Shown here piece by piece: positions 20,601 through 34,296 of a stretch of DNA of 55,136 nucleotides. Under the pieces are notes generated by a model. The model ran no database searches, had not been told where the DNA came from, and saw only the letters and a program-made list of their open reading frames with translations. The position numbers were made by a program, and so were the translations under genes. Every line of letters begins with the position of its first letter. Position 1 is the stretch's first letter. Source of the DNA: Sphaeroforma arctica JP610 (taxonomy: Eukaryota); assembly GCF_001186125.1 (NCBI RefSeq), contig NW_014040545.1, forward strand, positions 20,504 to 75,639, read 5' to 3'.

Positions 20601-23600
20601 GTTTCAATCCTCCTATTTTGATCGCTTGCGCGGTGAATTTCTCGGACTGCATATATTTTTGGCATCGGTTACTCTTTTCTCCTTGCCGTATCGCTTGGTG
20701 GCTTTATTTTAGCTGCTGAGTATACCATCTCCCTGTTGTTCTTCCCTTGTTTTCTGCTCACAGGCGACGTCCGGTTGAATCGATTACCATGCTCTTGATC
20801 ACAAAACCGTCACCTTTGCAAAATCTCTCACAAAGAATTTTGTGCCTACGTCCACACAAATACTGGCTCACACCCACTTTATATCGATAACCACACAAAA
20901 ATGCGCTGTAGAGAAGCATCATATTCGAAAATCCAGACCATATGCTTGTGCGCCAAGCACCACTTCCACGCACTCCAATACCCCACATCTGCACGGTTTC
21001 ATCGGTTGCATCCACCATTCCACACAAAAACAAAACTTCGTCAAGCCTTTATTTCAATTGATTATAGTCTTCTTGCAGATAACTTCCAAAGACTATGCGC
21101 TTGATAACGGCTCACACTCAAATTGACCCACCGTAATGACAGGCCAAGACTACCAAACCAGAGCAACGTTGACTCTGGATCCATCGGTGTTTCCCTTCGT
21201 GGCACCTCCTGATGCGCTGCCCACAACCACTGGCACCACTACTGATATCTCGGGCTTCACTGCATGGCCCGAGTTCCATAATGGCGCTGCGGCGGGTTTG
21301 GAAATCGCTGTTAAAGATGGGATAAGCAATATCAATTCGGCGTGGTATGTATGTATACAGGGTTCATGTGATGTGCAGTGACTACTTGTGGCGAATGTGT
21401 GTGTGATCTATGTGTTATGCGACTACCTTTTTCTCAAAATCCACGAGCATGAGCTTCATTTTGTACCGCTGTTTTAATTGGATTGTGAAATTGCAATGAA
21501 ATGAAAAGGTGGGATCGATGCATTTGTACCTAGATACGTAGCATTTTTCTGTTACACGGTCATAGCTCACATAAACTAGCAATTTTATAGTGCCCAGCAA
21601 AAAAAAATCGCATCAACTGTCTTACATCCGATACTGACACCTATTGTATGCTTAATCTGTATTGGTGCGCGACGTCCCCGAAGCACAACTAATCTTGTAC
21701 GAATCCTTCACCCTACAGGATAGCATACAACAAACCACTCACATCCAAAAAATCCTTGCCGAATCAGAATGGAGAGTCTGACGAAAAATCTGTGACCGAA
21801 AATACTTATGCTGGTTTCCTATTAGCCCTTGGATTGCAGGGACATTTGTCGCATCTCTCTCCTGCAGCCCTGTATGGTTTTTTGCGTGGTCGGAATACTA
21901 CTACTAGTGTTGCCATAGTGCTGGGCATGGCCGCCACTTGCAGAGGTAAGGATGTGGTAGCTGCCAAGTTTTTCAAGTAGATCACTGTATATGTATTCCG
22001 TGTAATTGGTCATCTGATTAATTGCTTGCGCATGTATTGTCGGTTTACATTGTGACCTTAAGACCTGGTTGCATCTACGGAACAGAAGTTTTTTGCCTGC
22101 AAGGTTACCTACGTCGAGCAGCATACTAATCTCTGTATGCGATTTTGTGGTCAAATGAGCAAAGAAGCATATGCGTATCGTATCATCGAGAATAGTTTCG
22201 AGATCTGTTTTGTATCGTATTTGTACTTACCTAGGGGCAGATGGTCTAGTGGTGCTCACATCTCCACGAAAAGTACCGCACGCTAGACTGCCACATGTCT
22301 GTGTGCGTACCTTTTCTTCCCGCACTTTGGATCCTTCACAGTGTAGTACTGCAGAACAACCCTCCCAGAAATCAGCTTGTTGTATTCCGTCGATCCACTT
22401 TTCATCAGTAGACAGAGATATTTAGGTGCCGCTCATTATAATTCATCCGCTCTATCTCATTTTCGCTAAGCTGATGTTATAGAAAAACTTTCTCTTGTCT
22501 TGATTTGTACTACATTATAGGCACACAAGACGCCACTGTCACCGGTCTTCTTGCTATGTTTGTGCCGGCGCTTTTACCTGCGCGGAGTGCTGAATTAGAA
22601 GCCCCAGAAGCCGTTCGCACCTCGGCGGTGCTGGGGTTGGGTTTGCTATACCAAGGCACAGCCCAAAGACAGGTATGTGAATGTAACGCCACTGATACAG
22701 TGCTGCGCATTTCTCATTAAAACTCTGCTGTATGAAATTGGGGAGAGCTTGACATGTTTAGGCACAGTTCGACGACTGGTATGTTTTGGCAGCATGGTTC
22801 CCTTGCTTGATATTCTTAAGCCTTGTTGTGGGTCGATGGGGCGGGGTGGGATTGTTAGTTCAAGGCACTGCTCAATAGCAAGTAGGTGGCTGCAGCATGG
22901 TTCAGTTGCACAGTTCTGTACATCACTACTTCTAGCTTGGTTGTGAGTATTCAGGGCGCCAGAATTGATCATATGCACGTTGCTTTGGCTAGAGAAAAAG
23001 ACGGCAACTGAGGATGTCGAGCAAAAGATGACTATTTAATTGTGTTTTGGTTAGCATAATTGTGAGAGCTTTAGTGTTCTTGACTTACCATACCGGTAGA
23101 TGGTTCAACAATATGCGTGTACTGGCAGCTGGTAGCATAGCTGGTAAAACGATTGTTTTTAGCACATTGTTTTGCATTGTTGCTTGAAGCTATATTTTAC
23201 TCTTGGTGCTATGCCTGCTTTCTTCAGTCTCAACTTGAAGATGTGTGTGTGCTGGCAAATGTAGTGGGTAGAATGTGCCAATTTGTACATTGCTATGCAT
23301 CGTATATATAACTTTGTTGTGCTTTTAGTGGAAGAGTTTGCTACATCTAGAAATGACCTGAAAACGAGTGTGTGTCAATCAATTCCATGAATGATTATTC
23401 TTTGTGGGTTGATCTGCATCATTGTGTTATACCGTACATTGATATTTTACAACGTCACACCGGCTAGTTGCCAATTTGCTACCACATAGTCAACTATCTA
23501 TACCACCCGCCTTCGCAACTCGATCACCAGATGTGCAAGACCCTACTGCGTGAGATTGGCAAAGGCCCCGGCAGCACAAGCAACGGTGCCAGCAGTGGGT

Positions 23601-26600
23601 ACGACACTCGTAGTGTGAGTAATGATGAGATCAAGAACGCTCCCTCGTACTCGCTGGCATGTGGGTTGGCTCTGGGGATGTGTGCGCTGGGAATGGGTGA
23701 TTCCTACCAGAGCGTCCATGCACTGGGAGATTTGAATTTGCCGGACGAGTTGAGAAGGTAAATTAGCACAATTAGTATGGTATAACTATGTAGTTGGGCG
23801 TATGGCTGTTGTTTGTGGCGCGAGTATCTGTGGGAGCTGTAGATTTTGTAGTGTTGAGACACTTAGTCACTGGTTCTGAGGTTCTGTGTGTTGGACACTT
23901 TTATATACGAGTGTGTTTATGTACTAAGTGATCTTACTCTAAATTGAGGAGGTGAGTTGCTTCCTTTGTGGATTTCAAATACAACGGCAGGCTGAAGGTT
24001 GTACTTGTGGCCAGGGGACCTGTGCGAATAGCAGGTCTTGTGTTTCTGGAGTATCTACTAGCGGGTTGGCTGTCGGGAAGTCTGCTTCGAGAATGAGCGA
24101 ACTATATCAGAGTGTGCATGCGCTTGAATACTTAAATATGTCGGGCGAAGTGAGGAGGCCCGAAGGTTTGTTTGTCGTTTTGTGTCACATCTAGAACAAG
24201 CTGATGGCCGATCTGCCCTGTAGTTCTTCACGTGGAAGCCTGTGTGTGTTGATTCTTGCAATGCCTGAGAACAGAGTCATGCTAGCTAGCCGATAGAGTG
24301 ACTTTGGAAATAACTGTCATGGAATAGTTGTCATACTGCCCTGTGGTCGTAGTAAAATAGGACGACTCCACGCGTGATCGTATACGTGCTTTGAAGCTTT
24401 CTATCTACCTTCGATACTATTCGCACTACCCTGTAGATATATGCTTGGTGGTAAACTCCGTCCCAGTGAGATCAAGGAAGACAAGGATTACCGAATCAAA
24501 GAAGGGGAGCGCATCAACACAGATATCACAGCGCACGCCGCAACACTTGCTCTTGGCCTGATATATCTCAAGACAGGAAACCGATCCATATCTAGTAGGT
24601 ATGTATTATACTAAAATAGTATTGATATATCTTATACTAGAGTTGATCATCAGTTTATGAGTTCCTAACTAGGTGCGCCAGAGATGATAAATATAGAATA
24701 GAATGCGTCCTATCTCTGCCTGATTTATGCCCAGCCGAAACTGTATGTGCCTATTCTAAACCATTGCTGCCGCCACGCGTACACTACGAAGAATGTATTT
24801 CTACCTCTGTAGAGACGTATGGCTCCGCATTAACTCCTATAAAACTATTGTAAGATTCTGTTTGAACTTCTGGTAGAGCAGATACAAATGCCAAATTCGC
24901 ATATGTGGTAGATCGTATATCCACCTATCAAGTGATTAGGCCAAAATACCTAATATACCTAGCTTTTTTATGCTGAACGTTGCCACGACATTCCACCAGC
25001 TGAGTATGTACGAGCACGCTTGCTTGGTACTTACGTTCATTAACGTATGCTTGCTCATTAGTCCAATCCACAATGTGCCTTGCTCAGATTGGGCCATTCC
25101 ATCACCTTCGATAATGCACGAGCACACTTCTTTCTCTCCTGCTGCTTCAGTCGCATACCTACTCATCCATGCATTCTGCCCACTGCACTCAGACTGGATG
25201 TTCCAACAACATTCCACCAACTGGAATACGTACGAGCCGACTTACTCCTCCTTCGCGTTCTGTCGAGGTCACTGATACTCTGGGAAGAAATCGAGGCAAC
25301 TTCACAGTGGGTGACCTCGCAAATTCCATCGGTAGTCACAGACCTCCTGAACGCCGCCCCCAAAGATCGTGCTAAGTTTCTGGGGCCACGGGGCTACAAC
25401 TCTGCCGAGGCTAGATTGCCCATTGCACGACAGGTGTGTATGTAGATTATACACACTAGCAGCTACTGTCCTCGATGGTCTACAAGTTTTCGAGTAAGGG
25501 CTGTATCGATGCTAGATTATCACCCATGCATGTCAGGGTAGTCAATACACACAAGCAACGATATTTTGGTTAGTAGATGTTGGTTGTGGTAGCTGTTGTC
25601 CTAAGAGTTCAGTCGCTCACATGCTAGTCAAAATTTACCTATCGCTGTAAATATACATCATATGCATGAATATATATGTAATAAATGGTTTACACGTAGT
25701 TAGTGTGTATCATTTGTGTGTCGACATAGAGACTACTTGTGCATATCTTGTACTCCTATTGATTTTTCACTCGATGTAGGGGTATGTGTGCTTATACGCT
25801 ATTGAATGCGTCTACTCGCCACCAACAGGTGTGGATGTATATGATCACTGGCTCGTGCTTTGCCATTGGGTTGAAGTTTGCCGGGTCCGCTGATGCCGAT
25901 GCACAGCGTGTTTTGAGGGTATGAGAGTTTGTATCTGAGGTGGCATGCACGCCACAGCGACTGCCGGAAAAGTTGTTTGATCGTTTGTGCTGCTCATGTC
26001 AACCTAAATGATGCCCTAGTTTCGTTTTAGAAGACCAGAACTTGAGTATTGGAATTTTGTTAACAATAGATTCGATCGATTCATAGTGTGCACGTGTTAT
26101 TTGTCATACGCATTCAATTGTAAATGACCATCTTTAATCCGGTTCAACTTTTACTATATACTGTTTAATATATCAATTATATCAGTTACCATATCTGAAG
26201 CTTACTAGGGCCCTAATATTTTACACATAGTACAGGTGGTATAATAAAAGCCATTTAACCAACAAATCCTCTTCAATTATTCAATCAATGAGCCCGTGGT
26301 GCGCAAATGTGCTGTGTATATATATAATATTTGTTTTTCCAGAGCATGTGCAAATACTGAAATTCTCATGACCCGGAAGGATAATATCGCGTCGTTTAAT
26401 CCCAATACGTAATTCAGCTGTACGCCATCCACGTGCTATCTGCACGGCCAGCGGACTTCGATCAAAGTAAGTCTACTATCCGTGTGTCCTCTTTACTTTG
26501 TATTGAATAATTAAACAAGAATCTTTTCTTTGTCTTGTACTGGAGGGTCACCACCGAAGCGTCGTGCCGATATCGTAATTCGCCACTGATAACCAAGGCG

Positions 26601-29019
26601 TGATTCTGTATTCTTGCTAGATTCCCCAATTTTAAATCCGTGATCGCTGGGCTATCTATTTCAATGCGATGCTTCGCTTAGAAGCGTCAGTCATCCAATG
26701 CAATACCGTATAACTTACAAGTAGTATAAACTTTATATTCCGCCCAGGTCCCAATATTCTAACGTCGTGCGCGTTGGTGTGTCTGAATGCGTTGTGCATG
26801 GTCATGGCGGGCACGGGCGATCTACCCACCATGCGACTGATTCTTCGCTTCAAGAAGGAAATGCATCGCAGTTACGGTACGATTTAGTTCCAGAGCCTAT
26901 ATGTGGACCGACATTTCCCGTCTTCGTCCACGTACACATAAGTATAATTCGGGGTCACACGCATGTTTCGAATACAAGCTGGACTAGTTACATACAAGCT
27001 TTTCCCGGGCGCATACACATCTCGGTACTCGGTTTTTGCGTACACGATCAATTGCATTTTGTGGTGATCAGTGTTCGTTGCTTGGGGCACGTTTCCAGAT
27101 TTGTCCATATAGGAACAAACACCTTCTGTTTGTACATTTCTTAATCAACATCTACTACACTGGAAATCGACGCTATTGAGTCTTTCATACTTTTCTAGCA
27201 AACTTCGGCTTGCTTTCCGTCCACAACTCCTCAAGCTCAAGCATGAGCTCTCAACTCACAGTTAGTACCTACGACACTTAAATCAATGGGATATGACCTT
27301 TTACTTCTTCCCAGTACTAACAGCTTCCCACTCCACCACTCTTGACATAACTCCTCAGGCTCGAGCATGAGCTTGAACATGGGGCTGGGTCTGCTCTTTG
27401 TCGGGTCTGGCATGTGCTCGTTGTCCACCTCTAACGAGGCCATTGCGGCGCTTATCTGCTCCTTCTATCCCATGTTTCCCGAGAACCCTACAGATAATCG
27501 ATATCACCTCCAAGGTATTCTATAAACAGTACGTATATGCTTTCACACGTCCCTACGTGCTGTCCGGTTGGCTAATAATATTTTTTCAGTGTGCGATGTA
27601 AACAGGCGTATGCAGATTTATTCAATATTGTGCCTACAAAGCATCGAAACTCTATGCTATATGCCAATCATGCCCGATACTGACGACACCAAAAAATCTG
27701 TATTGAAAATAATTAGTGAGTTATATGTATATTATTGCTGGACTGTGTCGGGTATGCCGGATTTAACATCGTGATCATGTGCGCGCGAGTGTCAGTGGGG
27801 TTACCAGAACTTATATGCGAGCTTATTTTTTTTAGGATTCTCACCAGGGTATCGGCGCTGATGCCATACTCGATGCTCCTATGTTGTATACAATATTGTG
27901 TATTTCAGAATTCTTGCCGTGTGCTGCCTAAATGAATTCCGTTGTACCACTGCTTAATACTTGGAGGCACTTGAAACAGTCTGTTGTACATACATCTCTT
28001 AGTATTCGTACAGTTGTGTCGTCATACATGCTATGAACAAGAAAAACTCGGTCTTCACCTCTGTTTTCCCTCACTACGTATTGATGCTCAAAAACGACAT
28101 TGTCTCACAACAACTTCAGCGTTCCGTCATTTGTTTGTGCTTGCGTTGGAGAGCCGTACAGTGATTCCGCGCGAGACCGACGGAGGCGCTGCCGTGTCTG
28201 TGCCTCTGATAATCACCATGCGCAATGGGTGCACGCGCAAGGTGGTGGCCCCGTGTGTGTTGCCTGAGCTCATGTATATGAAAGTATGTGCTAAATTTGT
28301 GATCAATTGATACCAGCCGTATATCTCACATGATGTAAGATACACTGATTTTAGCCAAAAAAAAAACACACAAAAATTACTGTCATGTGATGCCTTGTTA
28401 GAACTTTGACAGAATTTGAATGTTCTTTTGAAGTCACAACCAGTATTGCGCGTATGTAGTTTTTTTTTATTTGTTTTTGTAAACGACCCGATTACACCAC
28501 AGATGCTACCCGGAGGTTAAAAAAAGCCAAAATACAATGTACTCTGAGAACTTCAGAAACCCCTTCCATATCACAGATGGTACCGTGAATGACAAGAACA
28601 ATGCACATGTGTATATATTTTTAAATACGAATGTATATCTAAGTATTTGCTTATAAATGAATAGGCAGATGTATCATTATTGACTGAAATACCCCTCCTC
28701 ATCACAGATGATATCGGTCGACAGTCCACGTTACCATCCCATACACATCCCTGTCACCCCTGACACGCGCCTAACGCGACTGTGCGCTCTGGTGGTGCAG
28801 CGCAGGACTGGATTTCTTCCCTATCGAGATGATCCTAATGGCATTAGGAGGTTGGCTGAATCTGTAATGTTCACCTCCTTCAACCACCGAGATCACAGGT
28901 ATAGTCCAGTTTCATATCGTCTGGTCAACTCAGGTCACTCACAAGAGCGCATTTATAAAACGTATGTACCACAATGAGCTTTTCCAGGCGTTAAATTACT
29001 CAATTGCCACACTTGCTGG

Positions 29020-29051
<32 letters not shown>

Positions 29052-29118
29052 CATTTACATATATAAATATATATACATATTTATGAATATATATATATGT
29101 GTGTGTGTGTGTGTGTAT

Positions 29119-29172
<54 letters not shown>

Positions 29173-29227
29173 TTTTTGTGTGTGTGGATATTATATATAT
29201 ATGTATATATATGTATATGTATGTATG

Positions 29228-29286
<59 letters not shown>

Positions 29287-32200
29287 GTATGTATGTATGT
29301 ATGTATATATGTATATATTTTTATATATTTATATATTTATATATTTATATATTTATATATGTGTGTGTTTGTGTGTGTGTGTGTGTGTGTGTTTGTGTAT
29401 ATAGATTTATAGATTATTGGTACAAATATACGCATATAAACTAGGGTGTTTATTTGCAATTGCCTGTGAGTAGTAGTGCTTGTAGCTGCAGTGGTATGTT
29501 CAATTCCCGAATTTCTTCACTACTTTCTAGGGCGTCACATCCGAAACTGCTCGAAACCTCGCAACGTGCGCAATTGATGCGAATGGTACGTGCATACACA
29601 CTCGATGCCACGCTGCTGGCATATGCCGAAACTCTACTAGGTCGGGCCGAAGAGGTAGGGTGGGCTGAAACACGGTCGTTGTGTCGACGCTAGATATACA
29701 GTACCGGTTGCATTACTATTGTACGTCCCATTTGTATTGTCCTAGACGTAGGTAAACCCAATTCAAATGTTGTTGTACCAACGAGTGCGGCGTGTATGTT
29801 CTGTGCCACGGCGCTGAATACTTAAGTGTGATTCTATATCGGATAAACTTGCGCAGATTTTTGTGTGCTGATAATGTTGAAGGGTACCAGTGTTTTGCGG
29901 AAGGGTGTGAGCCGGTTTTCACTGGTAGAATCCTTATTATCACACGCACAAATAGTTTGCTTGGTTTTTTGGCTCGTGCAACAGTAATCATAGCATGTAC
30001 ACCCAAGCACATCCTTATGTCGACTAGTACGTATAGGCGTATTCCGTTGACACCGGGATGGTTCAGCTACTGTTCCATAAACCGCAGTGTCGTTTATTGA
30101 AGAAAAAAAATGCGGACTATAGCCGTGTGAAATGCTCCTGATTCAAGGCTGCCGCGCATCTTGTCGTCATCCCACATCAGCTTTCTATACGATAATTGGC
30201 GTCTCTGTGGTAGCATCGTCAATCTTTGTGACTCTCTTATAACGTTACAGCTTGAGTCACTTGTCATTTACATGTATTTTAAATTCGCTACAATTTAGAA
30301 CGAATCATTCATCGCAATACTAAGCGAGTGCCTGGCGAGCGGAACGCCGGAGCTCCTTTCCAGTTATCTGGCAATCAATCACACGCTGAAGGTTAGCCCC
30401 ACTGTTTGCAGCTCACGCGTGACTTTTCCTCGCCTCACCATATAATATCATCTACTAAGTCCGCCTCTGCCGTGCAGTGTTTGCTACCGGATTTATGCAA
30501 GATTTTCAACCATTTTACGTATCATAGCAATATCTCACATTGCTGTATGGTTTCGCGGTAACCTACTAACTACTCAGTTCCAAAATGTGCTACAGTTCTG
30601 TCAATTTTGTATACTTGAACCACACACTGAGTGACAACGAATAAACCCAGCACATGTTTTGCAAAGTGGTACCTGATGGACCCAGTACATATATCGAGAG
30701 CAGTACCTAGTACGCAGAGTGGCACCTAGTAGACCCAGTACATGTATCGCAGAGTGGTACCTAGTAGACCCAGTACATGTATCGCAGAGTGGCACCTAGT
30801 AGACCCAGTACATGTATCGCAAAGTGGCACCTAGTAGACCTAGTACATGTATCCAATCCATGTGTGTTTGACTCATATAATCACACTTCATCAAAACTTT
30901 GTATGTCGTGCCCTTTCTACACAGATGGCGCGCACGACTCCCTGTATACACAGCCTACAGAATTTGCGACTAGCGAGAGCTTTCTACGCCCACAGGAGAA
31001 TATGCGAGAAAGTATGTGTGATTTTCGGTTGTGTGTGCATTCGTACAAGCTGAGTTCTCATGTTTGGAATAGTTATTTTGGGAGTGTTTGCGGCTGCTTG
31101 TAGAGTCTGTGGAAATGGGTGTAAGCATGTGTGCTGTGTGTACATGAATTGTTAGTTAGATTATAAAGTATAGATTATAAAGTATCCTTATTCTGCGTCT
31201 GTATGTTGTGACAAACCTGCATTGCACTTCACGAGGATCATGAATACGCAGAGAGATGTGTGTGAGCGAGCGTGTGAGTGCGTGTGTATGCCTTTGAGAT
31301 AACACTGTACTCAGTGCTGGTGCGTACAAACACTACAAACGACAATTGACCATCTATTGCGTGCGCATGTGTGTAATTGTACTCACAAGTACTTTCCTAG
31401 CACTCAACCCTGACACTCAACCACCGCAGCCTATTGTCAGCGTTTTATACCGTATTTTAAACGGCTTGCGAAGCCGAATATACTCAAAAATTATCTCACC
31501 AATGAAGTACACAAACTCCATTACAGCCACCACTTATGCTGCAGTCGTATCTCGACTATGTGCATCAACAAGTCAGCTCAGCGCTTATCAGTCCGAGGTA
31601 TGGTGAAGTTGAGTCTACCTTCTCTCTGTTTCACTTTTTTCGATTCACTTAAAAAAGTTACTGTGCACACTTTGTCCCTTATGTACCGTATGCCTGCTGT
31701 GTGCTCAATCTCAACAATACCCTTTTGTATCTCCTGGGAGCTTTATCCACTACCTGCTGTATAAGTATTGTGCTTCGCAAGTGCTGTCACGTTTATACAT
31801 GTAGTGTGCATGCCTCTTCCGCAAATGTACCACATCACCTTGAAATGCGCGTGTGTGCAGTATATGCTGGATCAAGTGGTCTAGTTTACCTTCTCTCGAC
31901 AGCATATCATTTGAAGGTATGCTACCTTGCTTACGATTGATTTGCCAAATGCTTTTCTCTCGTCATTCCATTATAACTTTACGTGTGCCATTTCCTCTAC
32001 CACAGTCCCAATCTGGATTCCGAGATTGTACAATCATTACGCTCAGTATACTTTTTTGGTGGCGCAGTAGGTCCGAACAAGGATGTACAAGCCATCCGCG
32101 ACGCATACGTAAGTATATCTATAAAACTTGTCTTTTTTCCTTCAGATTTCCGTGTCATACGTCCAAGATTAAAATTATGTGAGCTCTGACAGTCTGTTGT

Positions 32201-32484
32201 AGACTCTGTAGTTTTTAACACTAGTTTGACTCATTAAGTTATATCGTCCTCGGCTCATCATGCTTGTCCCCCAAATTCTTGCTTCGAAGACATTTTCCTA
32301 CATAAATCTCTACAACTCAGTTCTAATCTGGAATACAACATATGCATTGATACAATAGGCACACCACACAGAACAACTGCCTCCCATCTCGGCTATGTCG
32401 AGGTTGGCTACTGAATTCTCTTCGCTGAGCCCAGACACTCTTCTATCTGTGATGGACAGTGTCACCGGCGTGCCCATTCTGTGA
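8617..32484 (+). CDS. ANAPC1: Anaphase-promoting complex subunit 1 (APC1), many exons; exact boundaries approximate
   Basis: Exon 1 8617-8724 ([16 protein letters not shown]); [13 protein letters not shown] (~9660); [12 protein letters not shown]...TEPL (~20050); [12 protein letters not shown] (~21265); [14 protein letters not shown] (~21810); [12 protein letters not shown] (~22630); [10 protein letters not shown] (~23650); [29 protein letters not shown] (~24500); [14 protein letters not shown] (~25225); [11 protein letters not shown] (~25860); VMAGTGDL (~26805); [18 protein letters not shown] (27480/28120); probable last exon ends at TGA 32482-32484. Confidence 0.93.
13221..13240. other. Assembly gap (20 N)
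   Basis: Run of N next to a (TA)n tract. Confidence 1.
13241..13605. repeat. Compound (TA)n/(TG)n/(TGTGTC)n microsatellite in an APC1 intron
   Basis: Directly visible alternating purine-pyrimidine tract. Confidence 0.95.
18965..19060. repeat. Degenerate 35-bp tandem repeat (~2.7 units) in an APC1 intron
   Basis: TATCATATTCTGGTTGTACTAGCAGAACA-like unit repeated with period 35. Confidence 0.75.
29020..29410. repeat. Compound (TA)n/(TG)n microsatellite in an APC1 intron
   Basis: Directly visible. Confidence 0.95.
30645..30853. repeat. 35-bp minisatellite in an APC1 intron (4 good copies plus about 2 decayed)
   Basis: CAGAGTGGCACCTAGTAGACCCAGTACATGTATCG at 30715, 30750, 30785 and 30820, with no spacers between units. 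Confidence 0.9.
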
Positions 32485-33249
32485 GCCACTCTATGGCGTA
32501 CACCACATCATTCAATGGATGCTAGATGAACACAAATATTCTTTCCACACCACACTTGGCGCTGGCCAGGAGCTCGGATCTAGAGACACAACCATTTACA
32601 CAAAGACAACAGGCTTGTGGCGGCTAGTTGGAATCCGGCCAGAAAGCAATGAGATTTTGTCCTGAAATCGAGATTTAAATAGGATAAAACACACCAGTAC
32701 GGCCCAACAATTCCTCAGGTATCATTTGCATGTAGCGCTCAGCTAGAAAGGATCCAAATACTCGAATGAGATTGAAATACCATGAAAAACCAACCCGGAA
32801 GCTAGAAATTGGAGATACAAGAATCATTAGTAAATTCATAGTGAGAGCTGGCAACATCGGAATGTTGAAGGCAAACCCCGCGGCTGAGTATAAAACAATC
32901 ATATCTGGGCAAGAAGAAATGCAAATCACACTTCAGCTGCTGTCAATTGAAAGAATCAGCTTTATTCAGTTGTGACATTGTTGTGACATATAGAAACATT
33001 CTGACAAAATACATTTTGAGCTCGAATTGTTAGATAGGTGCCTTATTGTCCGGCATCAGTGCACCCGAGCTGCCTAAGCAGCTGTGACAACTAGCATACA
33101 TATATGTACACAGAGTCATAGCAGCGGGCAACATGCATTTTAATCAGACAGATAGTGGTAGGTCTACCACTCGCATTCTATACGATACAACGATGTGAGT
33201 TAACACTGTATAACAGTATGTACCACATGAATAACAACCATGCCACTTC

Positions 33250-34296
33250 TTACGCCTCGCTGCCGAATATGTTGTTGATTTGCTGTGTAACCCGAATGAA
33301 TGTTGTGCGCTTGGGCAGCTCCTTAAGATTACTCGCACCCACATATGTACAGGTCGATCTCAAACCTCCCAATATATCCAAGCAAGTTCCATTTAAAGGC
33401 CCACGATACGGTACCTGCACAGTCTTTCCCTCACTCGCACGGTACTCGGCTACACCACCACTGTGCTTTGTCATAGCCGTCTGACTACTCATGCCGTAGA
33501 AGATTTTGACGCGCTTGCCGTTGTCGAGTGTCTTCTCCTCACCACCAGACTCATCGTGTCCTGCAAGCATTCCTCCCAGCATCACAAAGTCAGCACCACC
33601 GCCGAAGGCCTTGGCCACGTCTCCGGGACATACGCATCCTCCATCGGACACGATGTGACCACCAAGACCGTGTGCTGCATCTGCACACTCAATTACAGCG
33701 CTCAGCTGGGGGTATCCGACACCTGTCTTTTTGCGGGTGGTACACACTGACCCGGGTCCAATGCCCACCTTCACTATATCAGCACCCGAGAGTATAAGCT
33801 CCTCGGTCATCTCACCTGTAACTACGTTACCGGCGATGATGGTGTGCTTGGGGTATTGGCCACGCACATCACGTACAAACTCTACAAAGCCCTCAGAGTA
33901 ACCGTTGGCGACATCCAGGCAGATAAAGGTGATCTCGGGAATTTTCGAGAGAACGGCTTTCAGCTTTTCTAAGTCTGCAGCGCTACTGCCAGAACTTACA
34001 GCGCAGTGGGGCAAGGCCTCGGGGTTGTTCTTGGCGAAATCAACCCACTCCTCTACACTGTAATGCTTGTGCACACATGTGAACATCTGCTTATTGCCCA
34101 ACACAGCGGCTGACTCGAATGTGCCCACTGTGTCCATATTAGCTGCCATAACGGGCACACCCGTGTATGTAAGTCCAGAGGTTCGGAACTTGTAGGTCTT
34201 GGCAAGTGTTACCTCTGACCGACTGCGCAGAGTAGATCGTTTAGGACGGAACAACACATCCTTAAAATCGAGCTTCAGCTCTTCTTCGATCCGCAT
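33250..34296 (-). CDS. GMPR: GMP reductase (GMPR/GuaC type 1), single coding exon, 348 aa
   Basis: [43 protein letters not shown], catalytic loop [26 protein letters not shown]; no CBS subdomain. Confidence 0.97.
   Translation of the reverse strand: MRIEEELKLDFKDVLFRPKRSTLRSRSEVTLAKTYKFRTSGLTYTGVPVMAANMDTVGTFESAAVLGNKQMFTCVHKHYSVEEWVDFAKNNPEALPHCAVSSGSSAADLEKLKAVLSKIPEITFICLDVANGYSEGFVEFVRDVRGQYPKHTIIAGNVVTGEMTEELILSGADIVKVGIGPGSVCTTRKKTGVGYPQLSAVIECADAAHGLGGHIVSDGGCVCPGDVAKAFGGGADFVMLGGMLAGHDESGGEEKTLDNGKRVKIFYGMSSQTAMTKHSGGVAEYRASEGKTVQVPYRGPLNGTCLDILGGLRSTCTYVGASNLKELPKRTTFIRVTQQINNIFGSEA

Noticed and set aside
30645..30853. 35-bp repeats that could suggest a CRISPR array
   Set aside because: Units are head-to-tail with no spacers, lie in a eukaryotic intron, and no cas genes are present.
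32459..32975. Short ORFs between the APC1 and GMPR 3' ends
   Set aside because: No recognisable homology; likely UTR or intergenic sequence.
33250..34296. IMP dehydrogenase, or bacterial contamination
   Set aside because: Length, lack of a CBS domain and the [14 protein letters not shown] motifs indicate GMPR; the flanks are contiguous eukaryotic sequence.
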